Part shown: positions 28,947-39,300 of the stretch, piece after piece
Layout of the letters: the number at the start of each line of letters is the position of its first letter
Numbering within the stretch: the stretch's first letter is position 1
Origin: Pseudomonadota bacterium
GTDB taxonomy: Bacteria > Pseudomonadota > Alphaproteobacteria > Rhizobiales > Devosiaceae
Direction: 5' to 3'
Length of the DNA stretch: 64,000 nt
Assembly (NCBI GenBank): GCA_023428425.1
Contig: JAEYYP010000017.1
Coordinates: forward strand, 2,382-66,381
Notes under the pieces: generated by a model
Seen by the model: only the letters and a program-made list of their open reading frames with translations
Databases searched by the model: none
What the model was told of the DNA's origin: nothing
Translations under genes and position numbers: made by a program

Positions 28947-29948
28947 ATGTACCTTGGCTATGTCGGCCGACGCTTCGCCATCATGCTGCTGGTGGTCTTC
29001 CTGGCCGTCTCGATCAACTTCGCCTTGCCCCGGCTGATGCCGGGCGACCCGATCCAGGCACAGCTCAGCCAGTTGATGGCCTCGGGCGGTGGCTCGGGCG
29101 ACATCACGGCGATGGTCGAGGCATACCAGAAGCGCTTCGGGCTCGATCAGCCGATCTGGAACCAGTACCTCGCCTATTGGCAGTCCCTGTTCCGCCTCGA
29201 TCTCGGCTACTCGCTGGCCAACTATCCGGAGCGCGTCGACTCCGCCATCGCCAACAGCCTGCCGTGGACCCTGGGGCTACTCGGCATTGCCACGGCGGTG
29301 AGCTTCTCCGTCGGCACGCTGCTGGGCGGGTTGATGGGCTGGCCGCGCACGCCGCGCTGGGTGAAGAGCTTCGGGTCGGGCGTCGTGCTGTTGAGTTCGG
29401 TGCCGTACTTCCTCATCGGCATGATCCTGCTCTACGTCTTCGCCATCGTCTTCCGCTGGTTTCCGGCGGGTGGCGGCATGCCCTTCGGCCTGAATGGCGG
29501 CTTCAACTTCGAAACCCTTGCCGGCATCCTCTGGCACGGCACCTTGCCGGCGCTGTCGATCATCATCGCGGAAATCGGCGCCTGGGCCATCGGCATGCGC
29601 GGCATGCTCGTCTCGGTGCTGGGCGAGGACTACATCACCCTCGCCGAAGCCAAGGGCAACAAGCCGCGCCGCATCCTCGGCCGCTATGGCATGCGCAACG
29701 CACTGCTGCCGCAACTGACCAAGCTGGCGCTGACGCTCGGGCACATCGTCTCGGGCGCCATCCTCGTCGAGGTGATCTTCTCCTATCCCGGCGTCGGCTT
29801 CCGGCTCTACCAGGCCATCCAGTCGAAAGACTAATTCGTCATTCAGGGCATCGTGCTGCTGCTCTCGGTGTCGATCGCGATCGCCATGTTCATTCTCGAC
29901 CTCATCTATCCGCTGATCGACCCGCGGATCACGGCGAAGGACCGCTGA
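28947..29948 (+). pseudogene. ABC permease (DppB/OppB type) with a premature TAA at 29832-29834
   Basis: EAA loop and EVIFSYPG.G present. After QSKD* the same frame continues FVIQGIVLLL...DLIYPLIDPRI to TGA at 29948. Confidence 0.88.
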
Positions 29949-29951
29949 CCC

Positions 29952-30806
29952 ATGCGCCAGCTTGTGAACACCGCCCTCTACGAACTCAGCCGCAACCGCA
30001 CGCTGCTCGCCGGCGTGGTGCTGCTCGGCCTGATCGTCCTCGTCGCCATTGTCGGCCCGTTCGTGGTCGATCCGGCGCAGGCCAGGCTCGGTGCGACCAT
30101 CCCGCGCTCCCCGCCGAGCGCCGAGCACTGGTTCGGCACCGACGGACAGGGGCGAGACATGCTCACCGTGCTCATCCTCGCGATGCCGCAGACGCTGAAG
30201 GTTGGGCTGCTCGCCGGCTTGATCAGCCTTTCGGTCGGCGTCGCCCTCGGGCTGATCGCCGGCTTCGTCGGCGGTATCGTTGATACCGTCATCCGCCTCG
30301 CCTCGGACGTGATGATGACCATACCGGGCATCGCCATCCTCGTGCTGGTTGCGTCCAACGTGCGCGAAATGACGGTGGAACTGATGGCGGTGATCGTCGC
30401 CAGCCTGTCCTGGATGGTCGCGACCCGCACCATCCGCGCCCAGACCCTGTCGCTGCGCGAGCGCGGCTACGTCGCCATCGCCCGGCTGAACGGCTCGTCG
30501 GGGCTCAAGCTGATCTTCGTCGAAGTGCTGCCCAACCTTCTGCCCTTCATCGCAGCGAGCTTCGTCATCACCGTGTCGAACGCCATGCTTGCGACGGTCG
30601 GGCTCGAAGCGCTGGGGCTCGGCCCGCAGAACGAGCTGACACTCGGCATGGTGATCTACTGGGCGCAGTTCTTCGGCGCCATCATCCGCGGCATGTGGTG
30701 GTGGTGGGGACCGCCGATCATCGCCATTTCGCTGATCTTCATCGGGCTGATGCTGACCTCGGCCGGCCTCGACAGTTTCGCCAACAAGCGCCTGGGGTCG
30801 ACCTGA
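29952..30806 (+). CDS. ABC permease (DppC/OppC type)
   Basis: PPSAEHWFGTDGQGRD, IRAQTLSLRER.YV..AR, LEALGLG, WWWW.PP. Confidence 0.92.
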   Translation: MRQLVNTALYELSRNRTLLAGVVLLGLIVLVAIVGPFVVDPAQARLGATIPRSPPSAEHWFGTDGQGRDMLTVLILAMPQTLKVGLLAGLISLSVGVALGLIAGFVGGIVDTVIRLASDVMMTIPGIAILVLVASNVREMTVELMAVIVASLSWMVATRTIRAQTLSLRERGYVAIARLNGSSGLKLIFVEVLPNLLPFIAASFVITVSNAMLATVGLEALGLGPQNELTLGMVIYWAQFFGAIIRGMWWWWGPPIIAISLIFIGLMLTSAGLDSFANKRLGST

Positions 30807-31657
30807 TGGCCACACCCGTCCTCGAGATCGAAAACCTGGTTGTCGAATACCGTACCACCAACGGGCCGTTCCGCGCCGTCAACGACGTGTCCTTTTCGCT
30901 CGAACCGGGCGAACGGTTCGGCCTCGTGGGCGAGTCCGGCTCGGGCAAGTCGACGACCATCCTCGCTTTGATGCGCATGCTGCGCGGCGGGCTCGTCTCC
31001 AGCGGCTCGATCCGTCTCAACGGTCGCGACCTGTCGGGCGTATCCGATCGCGACTACCGCGCGCTGCGTTTCGCCGAGATGTCGCTCGTGCCGCAGGGCG
31101 CGATGAGTTCGCTGAACCCGGTGCTGCGTATCGCCGAACAGATCGGCGACATCTTCGACGACCACGGCATCCGCCACACCGCGTCGGAGCGGAGCCGGGT
31201 CATCGGCGAGTTGCTGGAACGCGTCGGCCTTCCGCCGGCGGTGCAGCGGCGCTTTCCGCACGAGCTGTCGGGCGGCATGAAGCAGCGCGTGTGCATTGCC
31301 ATGTCGATCGCGCTCAGGCCCAGCGTCATTCTCGCCGACGAGCCGACCAGCGCGCTCGACGTGATGGTGCAGAAGCAGGTGCTCCGTACGCTGGGCAAGG
31401 TGCAGCGCGACATCGGCGCCGCCGTCATCCTCATCGGGCACGACATGGCGCTGATGGCCCATTTCGTCACCCGCATCGGCGTCATGTATCGCGGCCAGCT
31501 GGTCGAGACCGGCCCGGTGCGCGAGGTTTTTGCCAATCCGCAGCATGCCTATACGCGGATGCTGATCGAATCCCTGCCGTCCTTCGATCGCCTCGGCGCC
31601 TTCCGCGGCGCCGGTGCTCGCGCCGAAGGCTTCCTCTCATCGGGGAGCACGCCATGA
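30806..31657 (+). CDS. ABC ATP-binding protein (DppD type)
   Basis: GESGSGKST, PHELSGGMKQR, ADEPTSALD, NPQHAYT. Confidence 0.93.
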   Translation: MATPVLEIENLVVEYRTTNGPFRAVNDVSFSLEPGERFGLVGESGSGKSTTILALMRMLRGGLVSSGSIRLNGRDLSGVSDRDYRALRFAEMSLVPQGAMSSLNPVLRIAEQIGDIFDDHGIRHTASERSRVIGELLERVGLPPAVQRRFPHELSGGMKQRVCIAMSIALRPSVILADEPTSALDVMVQKQVLRTLGKVQRDIGAAVILIGHDMALMAHFVTRIGVMYRGQLVETGPVREVFANPQHAYTRMLIESLPSFDRLGAFRGAGARAEGFLSSGSTP

Positions 31658-32625
31658 CCAAGCAACTCGAGATCAAGGATGTCGACGTCACCTTCTCGTC
31701 CGGCTTCGGCGGGCGGGACAAGAAACATGCCCTAAGCAACCTGTCGCTGACGGTCGGTGGGCCGAACCCGGCGATCACCGCCGTGGTGGGCGAAAGCGGC
31801 AGCGGCAAGACCACGTTGATCCGCCTGCTGCTCGGCTTCCAGGCGCCAACCTCGGGCACCGTGTCCTACGATGGCAAACCGATCGCCGGCCTGAACGCGG
31901 CGGACCAGAAGATCTTCCGGCGCGAAGTGCAGGCCATCTTCCAGGACCCGTTCGACGTCTTCAATCCGTTCTACAAGATCGATCATCCGCTGCTCGCGCC
32001 ATTGGCCGCCTTCGACATCACGCGTTCGCGCGACGAGGCCTATGCGAAGATCGAGGCGGCACTGCGCAGCGTCGGGCTCGACCCGGCCCAGACCCTGGGG
32101 CGCTATCCTCACCAGTTGTCGGGCGGCCAGCGCCAGCGCGTGATGATCGCCCGGGCGCTGCTGCTCGACCCGGCGATCATCCTCGCCGATGAACCCGTGT
32201 CGATGGTGGATGCTTCGCTGCGCTCGACCATTCTGGAAATTCTCTATGGCCTCAACCGGGACCACGGCATCTCGCTCATCTACGTGACGCATGACCTCAC
32301 GACGGCCTACCAGGTGGCGGACACCATCGTGGTGCTGCATGGCGGGCAGGTCATGGAAGTCGGGGCCGCCGAGGACGTGATCCATCGCCCGCGCCACGCC
32401 TACACCCAGGCCTTGATCGAAGCGGTGCCCTCACCCGATCCGGACAAGCCGTGGAACCTCGAGGACGAGACCCCGCTGCCGCGCTTCTTTGAACCGGGCG
32501 AGCAACTCGTGCTGCAACGCACCGATCCACTGCGTGCCATGGCAGTCCCGGCCAGCTCGGGCGGCGCACCAGTCACCGTCAGCGACATCCAGCGGGACGT
32601 TGCAGCGGCGAACCAGGGCCGCTGA
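31654..32625 (+). CDS. ABC ATP-binding protein (DppF type)
   Basis: GESGSGKTT, FQDP, PHQLSGGQRQR, ADEPVSMVD. Confidence 0.93.
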   Translation: MTKQLEIKDVDVTFSSGFGGRDKKHALSNLSLTVGGPNPAITAVVGESGSGKTTLIRLLLGFQAPTSGTVSYDGKPIAGLNAADQKIFRREVQAIFQDPFDVFNPFYKIDHPLLAPLAAFDITRSRDEAYAKIEAALRSVGLDPAQTLGRYPHQLSGGQRQRVMIARALLLDPAIILADEPVSMVDASLRSTILEILYGLNRDHGISLIYVTHDLTTAYQVADTIVVLHGGQVMEVGAAEDVIHRPRHAYTQALIEAVPSPDPDKPWNLEDETPLPRFFEPGEQLVLQRTDPLRAMAVPASSGGAPVTVSDIQRDVAAANQGR

Positions 32626-32745
32626 GCGGCGCTCCCATCGTCGGCTACATCTCGAGCTCCCCCGCGGCGTAAACCAAACGTCGCGGTCGTCCGGGCGGGG
32701 GGCAGCTGCTTGTGCTACCTGACGAGCAACAGCACGAGAGCGCCT

Positions 32746-34056
32746 ATGCATCTTTCAGGTGTGGACACCGTCGAAAAGCCGTCGAGCCACGCCTCGACCG
32801 ATGTTCGCGTGCTGATTGTCGCCGAACATGCGTCGTCGCGGTTTGGCGGCGAGGCGATGTTGCCGCTGCAGTACTTCAGGCACCTCAGGCGGCGCGGGCT
32901 CGACGTGACGATGGTCCTGCACGAGCGCTGCCGCAGCGCGATGGAAGCCGACTTCGGCGCCGATTGCCCGGATATCCGCTACGTGCCGGACAGTGCCATC
33001 AACGTGCTGTGCTACCGGATCGGCAGCCGACTGCCAAAGTTCATCGGCGACTTTTCCTTCGGCGCCTTGAGTCATCTCGACACCCAGATCCGCCAGCGGC
33101 GACTGGTGCGCGAGATCGTCCGAGAGAAGCGGATACAGGTGGTGCACGAGCCCATTCCCGTATCCCCCATGATGCCGTCCCTGATGCACGATGTCGGGGC
33201 TCCGGTCATCATCGGCCCGATGAACGGTGGCATGGACTTTCCGCCGGCCTACCGACCCCGGTTCGACGTTTCAGGCACGTTCGTCCGGTTGCTGCGGCTG
33301 ACGGCGAACGTGATGAACCGGCTCATACCCGGCAAGCGTCGCGCCGAGGTGCTGCTGGTCGCCAACGAACGGTCCCGGGCGGCACTGCCCCGTTCGGTGT
33401 TTCCCGAGCGGGCGAGACTGCTGGTCGAGAACGCCGTGGATCTGGAGGTTTTCGGTGCCGGACAGGCGGCAGCATCCGACACGCCGGAAGCGACGCCCCG
33501 CATCTGCTATGCCGGGGCGGTGATCCCGCTGAAACACGTCGACCTGATTGTCCAGGCCTGCTTGCTACTGAAGGCCCGTGGTCGCGACTTCGTCCTCGAC
33601 ATCTTCGGTGATGGCAGCAGCATGGACCACGTGCGGACGCTGGCCGCGCCGCTGGGCGACCGGGCCGTCTTTCACGGCTATGTCAGCCAGACCGTCCTGG
33701 CGGCGGGCCTCCGCAGTGCCGACATGCTGGTGCTGAGCAGCATGCGAGAGTGCGGCGGCGCGGTGGTACTCGAGGCGATGGCCTCGGGCCTGCCGGTCAT
33801 CGCGACGAACTGGGGCGGCCCTGCGGACTATGTGGACCAGACCTGCGGCATCCTTCTCGATCCGGTTGCGCCCTCAGAGTTCGTGCCGGCCCTCGCCGAG
33901 GCGATCGACAGCCTGCTGCTCGATCCGGCTCGCCGCCGCGCGATGGGACAGTCCGGGAAGCGCCGGATCGAGACCGCGTTCAACTGGAACACCAAGATCG
34001 ACTACATCGTCGATCTCTACCGCGAAGCGGCGGGCGTCGCCCCGGACCGGCGCTAG
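32746..34056 (+). CDS. Glycosyltransferase family 4
   Basis: FGGEAMLP, ECGGAVVLEAMASGLPVIATNWGGP, F.WN.K; start codon uncertain. Confidence 0.88.
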   Translation: MHLSGVDTVEKPSSHASTDVRVLIVAEHASSRFGGEAMLPLQYFRHLRRRGLDVTMVLHERCRSAMEADFGADCPDIRYVPDSAINVLCYRIGSRLPKFIGDFSFGALSHLDTQIRQRRLVREIVREKRIQVVHEPIPVSPMMPSLMHDVGAPVIIGPMNGGMDFPPAYRPRFDVSGTFVRLLRLTANVMNRLIPGKRRAEVLLVANERSRAALPRSVFPERARLLVENAVDLEVFGAGQAAASDTPEATPRICYAGAVIPLKHVDLIVQACLLLKARGRDFVLDIFGDGSSMDHVRTLAAPLGDRAVFHGYVSQTVLAAGLRSADMLVLSSMRECGGAVVLEAMASGLPVIATNWGGPADYVDQTCGILLDPVAPSEFVPALAEAIDSLLLDPARRRAMGQSGKRRIETAFNWNTKIDYIVDLYREAAGVAPDRR

Positions 34057-34664
34057 GACGCCGGAGCCAGCGTCAGGTAATGGCGCTGATGGTAGACCAG
34101 CGGCTTCACATGCGGAAACACCGTCGTTTCCTTGACCTCGAGCAGAACGATCTCGTGATCGCCTCCATCCAGCCGGTCGCGCACACTGCAGTCCAGCCAC
34201 AAGGTTCCGCCCGGAATGTGAACGGCCCCTTCAGGCCTCACCTCGAAGTCGATGCCGCTGAAGCGATCGCCGGTGCGGGCCGCAAGCTGGCGGCTCAGCG
34301 CCTCCTGGTCTGCGCCCAGCACGGTGAGACCGATCCGCGGCAGACGACGGAGGCGTGACCAGGTGAAGGACTGGCGCGCCATGCAGACTGACACAAGCGG
34401 TGGATCGAGCGACACCGAGGTGAACGAGTTGATCGTCATGCCGATGGGGGCGCCGTCATCCATGGCGCACATGGCCACCACACCGGTCGGAAACATCGAG
34501 AAGGCGCGGCGCAACGAGGCTTCCGACACCCTGTCCGCTGGCGTTTCGAACCTCTCGCGGTCGATGTGGCTATCGAGAGCCAGACGCACGTCCCGCAGGT
34601 CCGCAGCGTCGTCGTGCATAACGGATGCGGCTCTGTCGTCGATTGCCGCCTGCTCCTGGGCCAC
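34053..34664 (-). CDS. Flavin reductase (HpaC/NtaB/DIM6 family)
   Basis: RRAFSMFPTGVV, GMTINSFTSVSLDPPLV, GGDHEIV; start uncertain. Confidence 0.9.
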   Translation of the reverse strand: MAQEQAAIDDRAASVMHDDAADLRDVRLALDSHIDRERFETPADRVSEASLRRAFSMFPTGVVAMCAMDDGAPIGMTINSFTSVSLDPPLVSVCMARQSFTWSRLRRLPRIGLTVLGADQEALSRQLAARTGDRFSGIDFEVRPEGAVHIPGGTLWLDCSVRDRLDGGDHEIVLLEVKETTVFPHVKPLVYHQRHYLTLAPAS

Positions 34665-34808
34665 GTCGTGTCCTCGCTGCAATTTGCCTCCGCCAATCCC
34701 TAGCACGCAAATAACCAATCGCTAACCAATCACGCGTCGTTGAGTTAATCGCGTCGGACGACAGAGCCGCCGCTCAGCATCTTCATGAATTTTCTCTGCA
34801 ATTCTCCC

Positions 34809-34824
34809 TTAATTGTTTCTTAAC
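34809..34824 (+). promoter_or_regulatory. CtrA-consensus binding site TTAA-N7-TTAAC
   Basis: TTAATTGTTTCTTAAC in the divergent flavin reductase/TolC spacer. Confidence 0.6.
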
Positions 34825-34963
34825 CGGCGCCGTCGCATCGCGATCATTGACGCGCGGAAGCAGCCCGGAATGATTTTGTTAACCCTGTTCGTTTAGCACT
34901 GATTAGGCATAACCGGACGATCCCCGTCCCGTCGGTCTGCTGTTTGCGTTCAGGGGTACTCAG

Positions 34964-36304
34964 TTGCGAAACATCCGGAGCGCTGTCTCAGTCGGCCTGC
35001 TCGCTGCGGCGACCCTCAGCCTTGCCGCCTGTGCCACTTCCCCGACCCGGACGGCCTGCGCGGGCATCGATTCCACCTCGTGCACCATGTCCGGTGCGAA
35101 CACGGCCTACTACGGACCGGTATCTGCCGCGCCCGAGGTGCAGGCCGCCGAGGCGATGAGCAATGCGGCCGCCGCAGGCATCGATCGGGCGGTAGCGCTC
35201 TCGATGCCCGACCTCGAGCTGCGCGGCAGCGCAGGCATCGACACCGGCTCCGGCTACACCGAAGGCTCTTCTGCGGGCTCCTACTCCTATGCCGTGGGGG
35301 TCAACGTCCCACTCTACCGCGGCGGCAGGGATGCAGCTGTGGCCACAGCCCGAGCCGAGCACCAGGTCTCGCTGGAGGCCGTCGCCGACCGGCGGGTGGC
35401 CGTCGCCTACGAGATCGTCATTTCGCTCACCCAGGCGCGGCAGCTGCGCGAGACGTTGGGCATTCTTGATCGCCAGCAACGGTTGCTGAACCAGTTGCGT
35501 ATCGACATCAGCCAGGAGGTCGCAGCCGGCGCGACGAGCCGTGTCGACCTCGACGAAACCGAGCGCCAGCTAGCGCGAATTGCCGTGCTGCGAGAGACAG
35601 CGACGCTGGAACTGACGCGCGCAACCACCGGGCTTCGCCGCCTCGGTGTCGCCGACCAGACGGCGCCCCCCGACGTTTCGAAGGTGGCGCTTGGCGAAAG
35701 CGAGCAGGCGCTCATCGAGCTGGCGCTGCGCAACAATCCTCGCATCCGGCAAAGCATGGCACTGGTCGAGGTGGCGAATTCCCGGGTCGCCGAGACCAGA
35801 GGCACGTTGGAGCCGTCGGTGGACGCCCAGTTCGAGCTCTATGGCCAGGAGGCGCAGTCCGCCGGAAACTTCGGCTCGCCCGGTGGCCGCGCCACGCTGC
35901 AGTTCTCGCTGCCCTTCGACCTGAACGGCGCCGGCAAGGCGACCATCGAGCAGCGAGCGGACGAGGTGGAGGCGTCACGCTTCACGCTTCAGGCGGCGCG
36001 CGACGGCGTGACCGCCGCGGTCAGCGCCGCCTTTGATCGCCGCCAGCAGGCCCGGAAACTCCACAAACTGGCGCAGCGCGAAGTCGATGGCGCGACCGCG
36101 CTGCTCAGCAGCATGCAGGCCGAACGCAAGGTCGGCGAGCGCACCGCGCGAGACGAACTCGGCGCACTCGAAAGCCTGCGATCGGCGCAGCTTGGCCTTG
36201 CGGCAGCACGCTTCGAACTGCGCGCCGCCGAATACGCCCTGGCGGCGGAGACCGGGCTGATCATCGAGCTGTTCGAGACCTCGGTTCACATCGCGGCGCT
36301 GTGA
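34964..36304 (+). CDS. TolC family outer-membrane efflux protein (lipoprotein)
   Basis: LSLAAC lipobox; two OEP-like repeats (P.LEL...VPLYRGG; ALRNNPRI...LEPSVD...SLPFD), G.TSRVDL and GERT..D.L. Confidence 0.8.
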   Translation: MRNIRSAVSVGLLAAATLSLAACATSPTRTACAGIDSTSCTMSGANTAYYGPVSAAPEVQAAEAMSNAAAAGIDRAVALSMPDLELRGSAGIDTGSGYTEGSSAGSYSYAVGVNVPLYRGGRDAAVATARAEHQVSLEAVADRRVAVAYEIVISLTQARQLRETLGILDRQQRLLNQLRIDISQEVAAGATSRVDLDETERQLARIAVLRETATLELTRATTGLRRLGVADQTAPPDVSKVALGESEQALIELALRNNPRIRQSMALVEVANSRVAETRGTLEPSVDAQFELYGQEAQSAGNFGSPGGRATLQFSLPFDLNGAGKATIEQRADEVEASRFTLQAARDGVTAAVSAAFDRRQQARKLHKLAQREVDGATALLSSMQAERKVGERTARDELGALESLRSAQLGLAAARFELRAAEYALAAETGLIIELFETSVHIAAL

Positions 36305-36307
36305 TGG

Positions 36308-39300
36308 CTACTCGGCCGCGATCCGCAACGGTTCTGCCCGCCTGTCGGCCTCGGCCAGGGCGCTGCTGAGCCGACTGGCCAGGACGCGGACGAAGGGTTC
36401 GAGCACCATGCTGTCATGGTCCCCGGCAACTTCCTGAACCTGCAAGTCGGCGACGTAGGGCGTCCAGCCATTGTCTTCCTCGGCCGGGTTGCGCCCGTAT
36501 TGCAGGCGGCGCCCGTCGCTCAGGTGGTAGAGTACATTGAGCCGGGGTCGCATGAGCAGCACCTGTGCCGAAAGCGGCCGGGGCTGATAGCGCGACAGGG
36601 ACCTGCGGAAGGCCGCCTCGATCGTCAGGTCATGGAACTGGGTTGCACCCTGCTCCGCACCCAGCGCTGCGACCTTCTCCTGCTGGCTGGCCGACCACTC
36701 CCGCCGGTTGCGCAGCCACTCGCCAACGAAACCGATGCCCGACCGACGAAGGTCCTGCAGCTTCATGTCCAGTCGATCGCGCAGACTGAGCACGTATTCA
36801 CGCGGAAAGGGCGTGTCGAGCATGACAACGATCGAGACGTCCTCGCCGGCCTGCCGCAGCTGCTGCGCCATCTCATAGGCGATCAGGCCACCGCCGGAAT
36901 ACCCCGCGAGCAGATAGGGCCCATGGGGCTGCACGGTGCGGATTTCGGCAATGTAGTCGCGGGCCGCGTCCTCGAAAGTCTCATGGGGCTCCTGCCCACC
37001 ATACAGCCCGCGCGCCTGCAGTGCGTAGACGGGCCGGGTCTGTCCGAGATGCAAGGCCAGCTGGCGGAGGTTGAGCACGTTGCCGAACATGCCGGCACAG
37101 ATGAACAAGGGAGTTCCGCCGCTCGTGGCGCCAACGCTCATCGGCACCAGATGGATCGGCTTGTCTCCGCCCGCCGGGGCCGACACAGGCAATTGGGCCG
37201 GTTCGGGCGCCGCGCTGCCAGTACCGATGAGGGCGGCGCAGGTGGCGATCGTCGGCGCTTCGAACAGCGCGGAGATCGGCAGATCGACGGCGAACTCCTT
37301 CTTGATCATCCGGAACAGCCGGACGGCAGTGAGCGAGTGACCGCCGAGGTCGAAGAAACTGTCGTCGACACCGATCCTGGCCACACCGAGCAACTCGCTC
37401 CAGAATTCGGCCAGCTTGCGCTCCACCGGATCACGTGGAGCGACGAAGGCGCTGTCGAGTTCCGGGCGATCAAAGCCCCCATCGGCGGCCGCGACCGGCT
37501 CGGGAACCGATGCCGAGCGCTGGCGCAGCATTTCGAGGTCCATCGAACTGACGATTGGCTGGCTTGCTCTCGTGGCCAAGGCACGCAGCATGGCGTCGAA
37601 GCCCTCGGCCGGGAGGATGCCGTGCCGGACCTGGGCGGCGAGTTTCGCAGTTGCGGTGGAGTTGGACCGCGCGGCCGGCGGCGCGCGCTCGGCGGTCGTC
37701 GCGGCGGGCACGAAGCCGGCGTCGAGACGCTTCATGACGAAGCGCTCGGCCTCGAACACGACCCGACCATCGAGGGTGGTGATGGTCACATTGAAACTCG
37801 CAAAGCCCGTGGCGTCGCCGCGAACGAGCCGCACATGGCTCCTGACGTCATCCGGCAAAGGGCCATGCACCGTGATGCTGCCATATGACATCGGCACCCA
37901 TAAAGCCGACGAAGCGGCGAAACCGGGCGCAAGGCCCATGGCGAAGCCGGTCGCGATATCGAGCAGCGCCGGGTGCAACAGCGTGCCCGTCTGGGCGTCC
38001 GAGCGATACCGCTCGGCGAGGCTGATCTCGGCGACGGCTTCATCCGCCCCGAAAGCGGTCATTCGCAGCACCTGCCAACGCGGCCCGAACTTGATGCGGC
38101 CATCCTGAACGGACCGCAACGGTGTGTCTGACGCCACGGCGCGCTGACCGAGGCGTGCCAGTACACCTTCCAGGTCCAGATGGTCTGGGCCGGCATCGCG
38201 CCGGGGCCGCAGCACGGCCTCGGCATGAGTGACGAACCCCTCGGCGTCGGTGCCGGCCGAAATGACCGCGCGCCAGCCGCCCTGGGCTGGCTGCAGCGCC
38301 GCGCGCAGCGTCGTGCGGGCTCCGGTTTTCACGAGCAATGGCGAGAGGAACACGAGGTCCTCGAGCACGAAGGCGTCGCCCAGTTCGCACTCGGCGGCAA
38401 GTTGCGCGAGGACCTCTATGTAGCCCGTGCCCGGCAATACCGGCTCGCCGGCAGTGGTCCGGTGCTCGTCGAGCATCCAGTGGCTATCGGGTCCGATCTC
38501 TGCTTCGAGCGCTGGCGGATTCTCGCCGTCGTCCACCCAGCGGCTGAAGAACGGACCACGGGCCGGAGAGGTCGTCCGTTGCGCCGCACCAGGTTCGGCC
38601 GTGGCGCGGGCAGCTAGCCCGACTTCGTTCCACACGCCCCAATGAATCGCTACTGTCCGCCGGTCGCTGCGCCACGCCTCGGCGTCGGCATAGGCATTGA
38701 GGTAGGCGTTGGCGGCGACGTAGTCGACCTGGCCGGCCGGAGCGATGTCGGTGCTGGTCGAGGAGAACAGCACGAATAGGTCGAGCGGCTTGTCGTCGAA
38801 CAACTGGTGCAGCACCGCGGTGCCGTGCAGCTTGGGTGAGAGCACCGCCTCGATGCGGTCGATCGTCTTCAGCGCAATCAGATCGTCGTCGACGAGGCCC
38901 GCGGCATGCAGGATGCCGTTGATCGGGCCGAACTGTGCCTCCGCCGCTGACACGACGCGCGCCATGTCTTCGGGGTTGGCCACGTCGCCTGACAGGTACA
39001 GCACCGCGTGACCGGCCTGTTCCAGCGCCTCGATCTGCTCGAGGGCACGCCGCAGCCGGTCGTTGCGGGCGCGGGTCCGGATCTGCAGCGGCCAGTCGGC
39101 GCGCGACGGCAGGGTCGTGCGACCGGCAAGGACGATACGGGCGTTGAAGCGTTCGGCCAGTTGCCGAGCCATCACCAGGGCCAGGTCGCCCAGGCCGCCG
39201 GTGATGAGGTAGACGCCGCTGTCGCGGAAGCCGGCATCGCGGCTGTCGACCAAAGGCAGTGACCGATAGCTGCGCGACCAGCGGCGGCCGCTCCGGTACG

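Noticed and set aside
29832..29834. Programmed readthrough or recoding at the permease stop
   Set aside because: The codon is TAA at a Tyr position, with no recoding signal seen; mutation or error is simpler.
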